The notes beneath the pieces are model-generated. The model worked only from the letters and a program-made list of their open reading frames with translations, searched no databases and was not told the origin of the DNA. From contig JAKRWB010000159.1 in the NCBI GenBank assembly GCA_022353185.1, positions 1 through 39,734 of the forward strand: a DNA stretch of 39,734 bases, in the 5' to 3' direction. The translations under genes and the position numbers were made by a program. Below, one piece after another: positions 18,193 to 26,635 of this stretch (position 1 is the stretch's first letter; each line of letters starts with the position of its first letter). The DNA is from ANME-2 cluster archaeon (GTDB lineage Archaea; Halobacteriota; Methanosarcinia; Methanosarcinales; Methanocomedenaceae).

Positions 18193-18335
18193 ACACCACT
18201 TGCTAACGCCTCAATGGGTGTAACTTGCTCTTCAGCCAGTGACGCTGCGTAGTCAAGACACGTAAGAATATCCTCCCGTTCGAGTGAAGGATACTCTTCC
18301 AGGAGTTCCTCAATTGTGTCTCCATTGGCCAACAT
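18189..18335 (-). pseudogene. Truncated DUF433 (antitoxin-like) remnant, 48 codons
   Basis: Manual translation gives MLANGDTIEELLEEYPSLEREDILTCLDYAASLAEEQVTPIEALASGV*. This is the C-terminal half of a DUF433 domain. An in-frame TAA lies just upstream, so the N-terminal half is missing. Confidence 0.6.
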
Positions 18336-18355
18336 GTGTATGATTTTTTAAATGA

Positions 18356-18407
18356 GTTCACGATGTATTGAGCTTTTTGGAGCTTTTTTTGTTCACGATG
18401 TATTGAG
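18356..18407 (-). repeat. Two direct copies (35-bp period) of the motif CTCAATACATCGTGAAC; a third copy lies at 7115-7134 on the plus strand
   Basis: GTTCACGATGTATTGAG occurs at 18356-18372 and at 18391-18407. The reverse complement of the second copy shares 20 identical nt (TCAATACATCGTGAACAAAA) with 7115-7134. Confidence 0.85.
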
Positions 18408-18449
18408 CCCTTCCATGTAACAAGTATAGTGCTTAGAAATAATCCCAGC

Positions 18450-19736
18450 TTAAAATAGCTGGGACTGACTGCTCTGCATAACCGGAACAAAGTTTTCAAG
18501 GGGTTTTAACCTGTAGTCTTCCAAGAGTACGTTTGTGGTGTTATTTTCAGGAACGCTTACTGAAATGGCTTTGGTCCGCCCGTACCTGCCTTTGCTTACT
18601 ACCATAGCGTTCACGATACCCAGCATGTCCAGTTCAGATATAAGGTCTGTTATCCTGCGTTGTGTCAGGATATCGGCACCGATGTCAGCGCACATCTGTT
18701 TATAAGCAGTATATACCTCGCCTGTGGAAATGTTGTCACCTGGTTTTTCCAGCCACTCTTTGATTTTCAATACACTCAGCAGAACTAATTTAGATTGGGT
18801 AGGCAGCGTGCGAACTACTTCCACAATCCTGTCCACTTCTATCTTATCCTGGGCAGTTCTTACGTGTTTTTCTTCCACAGTGGAGGATTTGGACCGCTCA
18901 GCAATCTCTCCTGAAACCCTGAGCAGGTCCAAAGCACGTCGGGCATCACCGTGTTCCTGGGCTGCAAATGCAGCGCACAGGCGTGTTACCGTTTCATTAA
19001 GTGCATTTTTCTTAAACGCCATTTTTGCTCTCTGTTCAAGGATATCGTGTATCTGTTCAGCATCGTATGGTGGGAATATAATCTCTTCTTCACCTAATGA
19101 ACTCTTTACCCTTGGATCGAGGAATTCTGTGAATTTCAGGTCATTTGATATACCAATAAGGCTGACCCTTGCGTTTTTAAGGTCGGCATTGATCCTTGAC
19201 AGGTTGTATAGTACATCATCTCCTTTCCTGACAAGTTTATCTATCTCGTCCATTATTACAATGACTACACGTTTTTTTTCATCCAGGGAATTCTTGAATT
19301 CTTCGTACACCTGGTCTGTAGGCCATCCGGTCATGGGTACTTCTTTACCCAAATGACGTGCTAAAGTGGCAAGAAGACGGTATTGGGTATCCACTACCTC
19401 GCAGTTTATATATATTACAGTACAAGGCATTTCATGTGATTCCCCGGTCTTTTCAAGTTCGTTTCCCACATACTTAACAACGGCAGTTTTGCCTGTACCT
19501 GTTTTTCCATAGATTAAAATGTTAGATGGTGTATCTCCCCTTAGGGCTGCCACCAATATGCTAACTACAGATTGAATTTGCTCATCCCTATGGGGTAGGT
19601 TATCAGGCGTGTATGTAGGTCTCAGGACTTCTTTGTTATCAAAAATAACAACATTACTAAGATAGTCTTCAAAGAGTCCGTTCAAAGATTTTTTTTTATG
19701 TAAGTTTTTTTCAGTTTTTAAGTCTAACACCTGCAT
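18450..19736 (-). CDS. cdc6: Origin recognition / replication initiation protein Cdc6/Orc1
   Basis: The ORF has Walker A (GKTGTGKTAVV), Walker B (VVIVIMDEIDKL), sensor motifs and a C-terminal winged helix. The start is set at the internal Met (MQVLDLKTEK), because the extra 46 codons of the track ORF are Cys/Trp-rich and overlap an ORB-like box. Confidence 0.92.
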   Translation of the reverse strand: MQVLDLKTEKNLHKKKSLNGLFEDYLSNVVIFDNKEVLRPTYTPDNLPHRDEQIQSVVSILVAALRGDTPSNILIYGKTGTGKTAVVKYVGNELEKTGESHEMPCTVIYINCEVVDTQYRLLATLARHLGKEVPMTGWPTDQVYEEFKNSLDEKKRVVIVIMDEIDKLVRKGDDVLYNLSRINADLKNARVSLIGISNDLKFTEFLDPRVKSSLGEEEIIFPPYDAEQIHDILEQRAKMAFKKNALNETVTRLCAAFAAQEHGDARRALDLLRVSGEIAERSKSSTVEEKHVRTAQDKIEVDRIVEVVRTLPTQSKLVLLSVLKIKEWLEKPGDNISTGEVYTAYKQMCADIGADILTQRRITDLISELDMLGIVNAMVVSKGRYGRTKAISVSVPENNTTNVLLEDYRLKPLENFVPVMQSSQSQLF

Positions 19737-19863
19737 ACCACCTAAATGTTTAACATTACTAATTTTTTTCAATGAATTTCTGACCAGCAAAGTTCTACAA
19801 ACTGATGTTTGTAATCTCCACTTGATGCATAGGAAGTGGACCCTTTTTATAGGTTCTGGTTGA

Positions 19864-19887
19864 CACCCCTTCATTTCTTGTGGAACC
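19864..19887 (-). promoter_or_regulatory. ORB-like origin recognition box 1 (in the cdc6 upstream region)
   Basis: The minus strand reads GGTTCCACAAGAAATGAAGGGGTG, that is TCCA-N-GAAA followed by a G-string. This matches the archaeal ORB pattern as remembered (for example CTCCACAGGAAACGGAGGGGT). Confidence 0.65.
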
Positions 19888-19995
19888 TTAAAAAATCTGC
19901 TTAAAAATATGATTTATAAGTATCAAGAGAGCAATTTATTTAGGAGGGTATTTATTTATTTATTTGATCTTTAATTGATTTTGATGTTTTTTTTG

Positions 19996-20023
19996 GGATA
20001 CCCCCTTTATTTCGTCTGGAAAG
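19996..20023 (-). promoter_or_regulatory. ORB-like origin recognition box 2
   Basis: The minus strand reads CTTTCCAGACGAAATAAAGGGGGTATCC. It has the same core as boxes 1 and 3. Confidence 0.7.
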
Positions 20024-20039
20024 TTTATAAAGGAGGGGG

Positions 20040-20496
20040 ACCGTATGATTTCAACTGGAAGTGCTAAAAAAAATAGAAAGTATAATAATATAATATATAA
20101 AAAAAATAGTACTAAGGTCTACTTAGTTTATTTTATACATATATCTTTCTATTTAGTTATATTAATTAAATCAATTATTAATATAATTAAATCAATTATT
20201 AATATAATTATATTGTTTATGTTTAAAAACTACTATATCAAAATCATAAATTAGTAGATCAACAAGATTTGAGGAGAAAATTATACTTTATATACCATAA
20301 AAAATGGAAGAAAATAATAAGATAGTCGAAAAATTAAAACAACATAAACGTAGAATATTTTTTAAAACGAAAGCTAAGGAAATCAACTTATCAATTTCAG
20401 ATGCAGAGAAGGAAATGCGTTTATATTTTCCTATACGTTAAAAAAATTGAACAGAAAGTAAATTGAAAACTCAAAAGAAAATGCTTTCAATTAAAT
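20040..20496. other. Candidate duplex unwinding element of the replication origin (extremely AT-rich)
   Basis: This is a long run of almost pure A/T. It includes a 21-bp tandem repeat AATTAAATCAATTATTAATAT x2 (20166-20207). It is bracketed by inverted ORB-like boxes and lies adjacent to cdc6. Confidence 0.65.
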
Positions 20497-20530
20497 CTCC
20501 AGACGAAATCATAGGGTTGGGGGTAATCCC
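20497..20530 (+). promoter_or_regulatory. ORB-like origin recognition box 3 (inverted relative to boxes 1 and 2)
   Basis: The plus strand reads CTCCAGACGAAATCATAGGGTTGGGGGTAATCCC. The 12-nt core TCCAGACGAAAT is the exact reverse complement of the core of box 2. Confidence 0.7.
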
Positions 20531-20531
20531 T

Positions 20532-20822
20532 TCATTCATTTACCGGAACTGTTTCAAGCTGGCCTGCTAAATTCCATATTACCGTTCTTGTATGCAAAGG
20601 CAAATTTTGGTCTGTACTTATGTCATCAAGAATCCTTATGCTTTTAGCAGCCCTGATCGCAGTTGAATCTTCATTCTTTGAAAGAATACCTTTTATTTCA
20701 TCAGCAGAACGTCTAATATTTCTTGGAACTGAATCATCATTAACAATACGATCAACAACTTCTATACACTGTCTTATCACTTCAGCTGGTTCAGCTGGTT
20801 TTCTCATCATTTTGGAACACAT
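20532..20822 (-). CDS. UPF0147-family small archaeal protein
   Basis: The 96-aa ORF contains NIRRSADEI...IRAAKSIRILDDISTDQNLPLHTRTVIWNL, matching my memory of the UPF0147 pattern. Confidence 0.75.
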   Translation of the reverse strand: MCSKMMRKPAEPAEVIRQCIEVVDRIVNDDSVPRNIRRSADEIKGILSKNEDSTAIRAAKSIRILDDISTDQNLPLHTRTVIWNLAGQLETVPVNE

Positions 20823-20918
20823 CCTTACATTTAAAATTGAAACGAATATATGTTAATTCAATAATTTTAATATTATTTTGTAATTTAAACTTACTTTAAA
20901 AAGCAGCGGTTAATTTAA

Positions 20919-21557
20919 GTGTTTATATTACTTATAATGTATGAAAGATTTTCGGTGATAACATTGACTAAGACTGACGAAGACGTAAAACTGGAGAAAA
21001 TAGGAAAATACTTAGAGCTGGGAGGAACTATGCTAGCTCAACATTGTGAGTGCGGCGCACCACTGTTCCGTTATCATGGTAATGTGGTATGTCCTATTTG
21101 TGATTCTAATGGTTCTAATAATCCTGATGTTATTAAATCCAGAAAAAAAGAAAAACCAGGCAGAGAAACGAGCGGACAAAATGAAGTTTTGTTACAGACA
21201 AATACATCAAATACAGATAACAACTTATCCGGTCAGACAAATTCTTCAATAACACAACAATATATATCTTCCCCTGAACAAAGACCAACTTCTCAAACAC
21301 CAAAAGCACAAGCGGCATCGGCAATATCTTCATCAATAGCTCCCCATGTTCCACCCGGACAGGCATCAGGGTATGAAGGTAAAACCAGAATTATATCACC
21401 TGAAACTCAAGAATTTATTAGTTACACAATAATTAACAAAATGGTTCAACTTTGCATGGACCTGCAGCGTGAAACCGACCTGGGCAGGATCATGCAACAG
21501 ATGGAAGCCATCAAATCAGGTACAAAGGCATTGAAAAATCTTAAAAAAATTAATTAG
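20919..21557 (+). CDS. UPF0148 / autoantigen-p27-like zinc-ribbon protein with a long low-complexity S/T/Q/N-rich insert; start uncertain
   Basis: It contains LGGTMLAQHCECGAPLFRYHGNVVCPICD, a zinc ribbon typical of UPF0148. The middle is compositionally biased and the C-terminus is helical. Several alternative starts lie between 20919 and 20965. Confidence 0.65.
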   Translation: MFILLIMYERFSVITLTKTDEDVKLEKIGKYLELGGTMLAQHCECGAPLFRYHGNVVCPICDSNGSNNPDVIKSRKKEKPGRETSGQNEVLLQTNTSNTDNNLSGQTNSSITQQYISSPEQRPTSQTPKAQAASAISSSIAPHVPPGQASGYEGKTRIISPETQEFISYTIINKMVQLCMDLQRETDLGRIMQQMEAIKSGTKALKNLKKIN

Positions 21558-21575
21558 ATATTAGATAAAGAAATA

Positions 21576-24023
21576 TCATCCTTTATACTTGCCACCTACC
21601 ACTTCCCTGATACGTTGTGCGGTCTTCAAGCCTATTGACTCGACCTCCATCAGCTCATCAGTGCCGGCCCTCATCACTGCTTCTACAGTACCAAAATGGC
21701 GTAGCAATTTACCCGCAGCTTTAGGTCCAATATTAGATATGGCAGATATGATATACTCTTGCTGTTCTTTCAATGTCATAGCCGTCTTTTTACCGTGAAG
21801 ACTTGGCGTGCGTTTATTATCTTCCTGTTCACGCCTGGCAATAGCACCAATCATTTCTGCCGTTTCTGCTTCATCCCTGGTATTGAGGATAGGAACCCCG
21901 AAATCAGTGACAATGGATGCCAACACACCCCTGATAGCGTTGGGATGCAACTGCCTACCGGTATAGAGATTCTCGCCTTCGATTATCAGCACAGGCCGTT
22001 CATAGTTCCGGGCCAGGTTTGAAAGCTGCCTGAAGATGTTCCGCTCCTTATCAATAATGGAATCCAAAAAGTCCATATCGGTCTTGCGCTCAATGGCCAC
22101 CCGGTCGCTGACGATATAGTCGCCCACTTCCAGTGTGGCAAGGACGATATCAACCCCTCCCCTATCCAGGGCACGTGCCACACCTGAGCGAATCTCGCGC
22201 TGGTCCACATATACCAGGGGCTTTTCATTTTTATTTTCATAATCGAATATCTGTTTCTGTCCTGTCGAGGTAGCTACGGCTTTATTATTAATGTCAGCAA
22301 GGTCAATATTTCCAACTTCATCAGACATACCCGACATCCCAACTCCTCCAGCCTCATTAGTTGTACCCTGCATCCCAACTCCTCCACTCCCACCATATGT
22401 ATCCCCAAAACTTACCCTATCAGGAATATGCCTGTCTGAATCAGATGTGTTGTTGCTAAGTTCCCGCATCTTTTTGTTCATGTTCTGTTCCTTGCGGTGA
22501 CTGCTCCAGTAGTATGCCTCGTCCTTGGTGCCCTTTGCAACCAGCACTATCACTTTACCGGCATGACTGCGCCCGGTGCGCCCTTTCCGCTGGATGCTGC
22601 GTATCTCTGAGGGAACAGGTTCATAGAACAGCACCAGGTCAGTGGCAGGGATATCCAGTCCTTCTTCTGCCACTGAAGTGGCTACAAGGGTATTGTACTT
22701 CCCGGACTTGAACTGGTCCAGGATCTCCACCTGCTGTTTCTGGGTAAGGCCTGTATCCTTGTACTTGCTGGCTTGCCCAACGAACCTTACAGGCCTGACA
22801 CCTTCAACCTCTTCCAGGCTCTGTGTCACCAGTTCAGACATATCCCTGTAATTGGTGAATATGATCACCCTGGAATCAGGGTTCTTGTTCAACTGTTCTG
22901 ATACAATCTCCTGTACGGCTTCCAGTTTAGGATGGACCGCATCCAACTCCTTCAGGGCATACATGGCATGGCGCATGTTCACGTCATCCACCAGCCTGCG
23001 GGATGCCTTACTGCCTGACTTTGAATTAGCCTCATGCTCCAGGCGGTCAAAATATTTGGCCAGGGCCTCTGGTCCCTGGGTCTCGGCGACCTCAATGGCA
23101 TGTGCCACTTTAAAGATCTCGGCGACCAGGGAGATGGCTTTGTAAACCATCTGGTCAGGTCCGCCTCTCAGTTTACCCTGCAGCCTGGATTGTAGATCCA
23201 GCAGTTCGCGTTTGTTCAGGTATTTCTGGTTAGGAGCCACAAAACCCAATTTAGCAAGCTGGGTTAGCCTATCTTCCAATACTTTTTTCATAGAATCAAG
23301 CAGCCCCTTCATTTCCACTGGAACTATTACATGCCTCCATTCCAGTTTCCTGAAATGGACATAAGGTTTCACGTCAGGGTCATCTTCGGTCCTTACCTGG
23401 ATACTTGAGATATGGAGGTTGCGGGTTACTTCATCGATCTTGTCGCTGTTTGAGCCGGGACTGGCTGTGATTCCCAGTATTAACGGGTCATGTGCCAGTG
23501 CCTGGTATTTTTCGGCAATGTACACGTAGGCATAGTTGCCCACAGCTCTGTGGGCTTCGTCAAAGGTGATATGGATCACGTCGGACAGGTCGATGCGGCG
23601 GGAGAGCATGTCGTTTTCTATGACCTGGGGCGTGGAGACCACCACCCGGGCATCATTCCAAAGTGCAGTCCGTTTTGCAGGCGGGATGCTGCCTGTGAAC
23701 ACCACAATATCTTCCGGGGACAGGTTCATAGAATTCTTCAAAAAGGCTGCATGTTGCTCCACGAGAGGTTTGGTGGGTGATAGGATGAGGGCTTTGCCGC
23801 TTTTTTGTGTGAACCTGCCTGCGATTACCAGCATGGCAACTATGGTCTTGCCCAGGCCTGTTGGCAGTACCACCAGGGTGGATTGTTTGAGTGCCATGCC
23901 TGCAAGGTTGAGCTGGAAGAGGCGCTGCTCTATCGTGTTTGGCTTGATGAGAGGGTGGGTGATAAATTCGGTTGGATGTTCCTCAATATTTGTTTTTGTT
24001 TCCATCTGCGATATGGTAGACAC
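21576..24023 (-). CDS. hef: Hef helicase/nuclease (SF2 helicase + ERCC4/XPF nuclease + HhH2)
   Basis: The 815-aa ORF has helicase motifs (LPTGLGKT, TFDEAH, TASPG, QRKGRTGR), a G/M/S-rich linker, the ERCC4 motif (VAIERK, GDY) and a C-terminal HhH pair. Confidence 0.92.
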   Translation of the reverse strand: MSTISQMETKTNIEEHPTEFITHPLIKPNTIEQRLFQLNLAGMALKQSTLVVLPTGLGKTIVAMLVIAGRFTQKSGKALILSPTKPLVEQHAAFLKNSMNLSPEDIVVFTGSIPPAKRTALWNDARVVVSTPQVIENDMLSRRIDLSDVIHITFDEAHRAVGNYAYVYIAEKYQALAHDPLILGITASPGSNSDKIDEVTRNLHISSIQVRTEDDPDVKPYVHFRKLEWRHVIVPVEMKGLLDSMKKVLEDRLTQLAKLGFVAPNQKYLNKRELLDLQSRLQGKLRGGPDQMVYKAISLVAEIFKVAHAIEVAETQGPEALAKYFDRLEHEANSKSGSKASRRLVDDVNMRHAMYALKELDAVHPKLEAVQEIVSEQLNKNPDSRVIIFTNYRDMSELVTQSLEEVEGVRPVRFVGQASKYKDTGLTQKQQVEILDQFKSGKYNTLVATSVAEEGLDIPATDLVLFYEPVPSEIRSIQRKGRTGRSHAGKVIVLVAKGTKDEAYYWSSHRKEQNMNKKMRELSNNTSDSDRHIPDRVSFGDTYGGSGGVGMQGTTNEAGGVGMSGMSDEVGNIDLADINNKAVATSTGQKQIFDYENKNEKPLVYVDQREIRSGVARALDRGGVDIVLATLEVGDYIVSDRVAIERKTDMDFLDSIIDKERNIFRQLSNLARNYERPVLIIEGENLYTGRQLHPNAIRGVLASIVTDFGVPILNTRDEAETAEMIGAIARREQEDNKRTPSLHGKKTAMTLKEQQEYIISAISNIGPKAAGKLLRHFGTVEAVMRAGTDELMEVESIGLKTAQRIREVVGGKYKG

Positions 24024-24121
24024 TTACACTTTAAAACGCTATTTATTAATGGGCATCTGACGTTTTCAGTAGTAAGGAAATCGTATCTTGACAACAACCA
24101 ATAAGCTGGAGCATCAATGAA

Positions 24122-24259
24122 ATGTCCGAATTAAAAGATAGACTCGAAATATGGATAAAAGAATACTGGGGTGAGCGATGTCCTGATTATTGTGCATCCT
24201 GTCCTTGTTGTGAAGCTTGGGATGCATTCGATTATTTGTTCCAGCATGGTGAAGAATAA
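24122..24259 (+). CDS. Possible 45-aa Cys-rich micro-protein
   Basis: Manual translation gives MSELKDRLEIWIKEYWGERCPDYCASCPCCEAWDAFDYLFQHGEE*. It is below the track length cutoff and lies 84 nt upstream of the ATPase gene. Its coding status is unproven. Confidence 0.3.
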   Translation: MSELKDRLEIWIKEYWGERCPDYCASCPCCEAWDAFDYLFQHGEE

Positions 24260-24342
24260 CATATTTACGCACACTTAGTTTGAATCGTAGACCAAAAGAT
24301 TTAAGTAATTCAGTAACTGAATTATTCAGTAAGTGAATATAG

Positions 24343-25749
24343 ATGAAATTTATCAATCGTGAAAAAGAAATACAGATTCTTGAAGATATCGGGCTATTGT
24401 CCAAAAGAAAATTGTTTTCGGTAGCGATATGGGGTTTAAGGCGTGTCGGTAAAACAAGATTGATGCTTGAATTTATGGAAGATACTGATATATATTTTTT
24501 TGTGAACAATGACAAAACAAGCATAAGTCTACTGGATGAGTATGAGATATATCTAAGAAATGCTAAAATCATCAGTGAACTTGAGAAATTGAACAGTTGG
24601 GATGATTTTTTTAAAGTCCTGTTTGAAAGATATGAAGGTATTGTTGCATTTGATGAGTTCCAAAATTTCTTATCTGTGGACAAATCTGTATTTGGTACTT
24701 TGCAGAAATATATTGATCTGAATGAGGAAAAAAAAGGTATTCTTCTCTTTTTTTCAGGTTCTACTTCAGGACTTATAAAAAAATTGTTTTTAGACTCAAA
24801 ACAGCCACTGTATGGCAGAATAAAGAGGAAAATGCATTTGAAACCCATGTCTTTTGAAAATATTATTGACATGTGTACGGAACTTGATATTACTGAACTT
24901 TCAGATATCATAAAGTTATATGCGGTTGCCGGAGGCTATCCACGTTATTATGTTGCTGTTGAAGATGAAAATTTAAGTGATGTGTCTTTTGAAAAAATTA
25001 TCGATCGATTTTTCTTTGTGGAAAATGCAATTTTTGAAGATGAGGTCATGTCAATATTGTCTTTGGAATTCGGGAAAAGAAGTGGTGTGTATTATGATAT
25101 ACTTACAGCCGTTGCAAGCGGATGTACAAGGATTAGTGAGATTGCATCATTTTTAAGAAAAAAGGAGACTGACCTTACACGCCAGACGTATGAACTTGTG
25201 CATCATTTTAATATTTTAAATTATGAAGAACAGGTCATAGGCAATAAAAAATTGTTGTATATTGACCATCCTCTTATGGATTTTTGGTTCCGTTTCTTTT
25301 ACAAGAATATTTCAGATTATAAAAGACGAAATCCAAGGTTTGTAGAGAACACGAAACGAAATATTAACAATCATATTGGAAAAAGATTTGAGATTATTTC
25401 CCGGGAATTTTTAATCGATAAAAATAAGATCCCTTTTGAATATGACACGATTGGGAGGCAGTGGGGCAAGATAAAAGGTGCTCCAAAAGGACAAAATACT
25501 TATGAGATAGACATTGTTGCCTTGAATTCTGATTCAAAAGAGATACTTTTTGTTGAATGTAAATGGAAAGATCTGAGTTTAAAGCAGGCCGAGGATATCC
25601 TTATTGATTTACAGGAAAAATCTAAGTTTATTGATTGGAACAATGATGTTCGAAAGGAACATTTTGGATTAATCGCAAAGACGATTTCCGATAAGGATAT
25701 TTTGCGTGCAAGGGGTTTCATCGTTTTTGATCTGGATGATTTTAGATGA
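24343..25749 (+). CDS. Archaeal AAA+ ATPase with C-terminal DUF234 (PD-(D/E)xK nuclease-like) domain
   Basis: The 468-aa ORF starts FINREKEIQIL, has Walker A (GLRRVGKT) and Walker B (IVAFDEFQ), and near the C-terminus reads YEIDIVALNSDSKEILFVECKWKD, a D..ExK nuclease-type motif. Confidence 0.85.
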   Translation: MKFINREKEIQILEDIGLLSKRKLFSVAIWGLRRVGKTRLMLEFMEDTDIYFFVNNDKTSISLLDEYEIYLRNAKIISELEKLNSWDDFFKVLFERYEGIVAFDEFQNFLSVDKSVFGTLQKYIDLNEEKKGILLFFSGSTSGLIKKLFLDSKQPLYGRIKRKMHLKPMSFENIIDMCTELDITELSDIIKLYAVAGGYPRYYVAVEDENLSDVSFEKIIDRFFFVENAIFEDEVMSILSLEFGKRSGVYYDILTAVASGCTRISEIASFLRKKETDLTRQTYELVHHFNILNYEEQVIGNKKLLYIDHPLMDFWFRFFYKNISDYKRRNPRFVENTKRNINNHIGKRFEIISREFLIDKNKIPFEYDTIGRQWGKIKGAPKGQNTYEIDIVALNSDSKEILFVECKWKDLSLKQAEDILIDLQEKSKFIDWNNDVRKEHFGLIAKTISDKDILRARGFIVFDLDDFR

Positions 25750-25951
25750 GGCTGGGTGAAAAGCACTGGATGAGATGCCGTGTGATTGTGCTGTGGTGCG
25801 GATGGTTAAGGCCAGGGAAGGGCTGGGGTCTGGTTAGTGGTAGGAATTTTTTGAACTTAGGGAGTGGAACAAATCGTTTTGTTTAAGTATACGAAGACCT
25901 TGTACTGTCAGTACAAGGAATGTTATTTCATATAAAACTGAAGGAATAATT

Positions 25952-26635
25952 ATGGGCATAATCAAAACAGTAATAAAATGGATTATAATATTGAGTGTAG
26001 TCTTATTATCATCTGCAATAATAGCAGCTTTTGTATTTGGAATGGGTCCTAATGAAACTGGTACAAATAGCATTGAAATCGAAGATACAGGGGTAGAAAC
26101 TTCTGCATATGATGGAGATCAGTCTTCACCAGAAACACCTACATCAAATGCAATACAAGCAGGTACATATAAAGTGGGAAGTGACATTCAGCCTGGTTTG
26201 TACAAAGTTATAGTCAAGGATTCTTTTATGGACATGGGTTATATTGACAGGTCAAAAGATGCTAGAATGGAGCTTGATTCAATTATTGCAAATGGCATCA
26301 TACGCAACTCAGGTTATGTAAGGATAAAAAAGGGTGATGCTTATGTAAAGATTCAAGGTGCGACACTCTATCCAGAAGACACCATAGAAATCAACATCAG
26401 AAACATGTTTGAAGATGGTATATACTTGGTTGGTGTGGACATAGCGCCTGGTACCTACAAGGTTGAAGTAACGGACACAACCATGGATATGGGATATGTT
26501 GAAAGACAATCCGACGTGTCTATGGAACTGGACGATATAATTGCAAACGAAATATTCCAAGGACAGGGATATGTGGAAATAATGAGCAGTGACTTTTCGG
26601 TAAAAGTTCAGGGTGCTAAGCTAATCAAAGTTTAA
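25952..26635 (+). CDS. Membrane-anchored hypothetical protein with two tandem ~80-aa repeat domains
   Basis: The 227-aa ORF has an N-terminal TM helix. Repeat 1 is AGTYKVGSDIQPGLYKV..FMDMGYIDRS..MELDSIIANG..GYV..KIQGA. Repeat 2 is DGIYLVGVDIAPGTYKV..TMDMGYVERQ..MELDDIIANE..GYV..KVQGA. Confidence 0.7.
   Translation: MGIIKTVIKWIIILSVVLLSSAIIAAFVFGMGPNETGTNSIEIEDTGVETSAYDGDQSSPETPTSNAIQAGTYKVGSDIQPGLYKVIVKDSFMDMGYIDRSKDARMELDSIIANGIIRNSGYVRIKKGDAYVKIQGATLYPEDTIEINIRNMFEDGIYLVGVDIAPGTYKVEVTDTTMDMGYVERQSDVSMELDDIIANEIFQGQGYVEIMSSDFSVKVQGAKLIKV

Noticed and set aside
18203-18499. A 98-aa minus-strand ORF between the phosphoesterase gene and cdc6.
   Set aside because: A different frame in the same interval gives recognisable DUF433 and DUF5615 fragments. 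This ORF also overlaps the cdc6 stop region and the 17-nt repeats.
18450-19874. The 474-aa version of Cdc6 starting at 19874.
   Set aside because: The extra 46 N-terminal residues (MKGCQPEPIKRVHFLCIKWRLQTSVCR..) are Cys/Trp-rich and unlike any Cdc6. The extension also covers ORB-like box 1. The internal ATG at 19736 gives a normal Cdc6 N-terminus.
20045-20254. A 69-aa ORF, and a ~45-aa ORF at 20305-20442, inside the AT-rich origin region.
   Set aside because: The composition is almost pure Ile/Asn/Lys/Tyr, driven by A/T runs and a 21-bp tandem repeat. The location between inverted ORB boxes fits a DUE rather than a gene.
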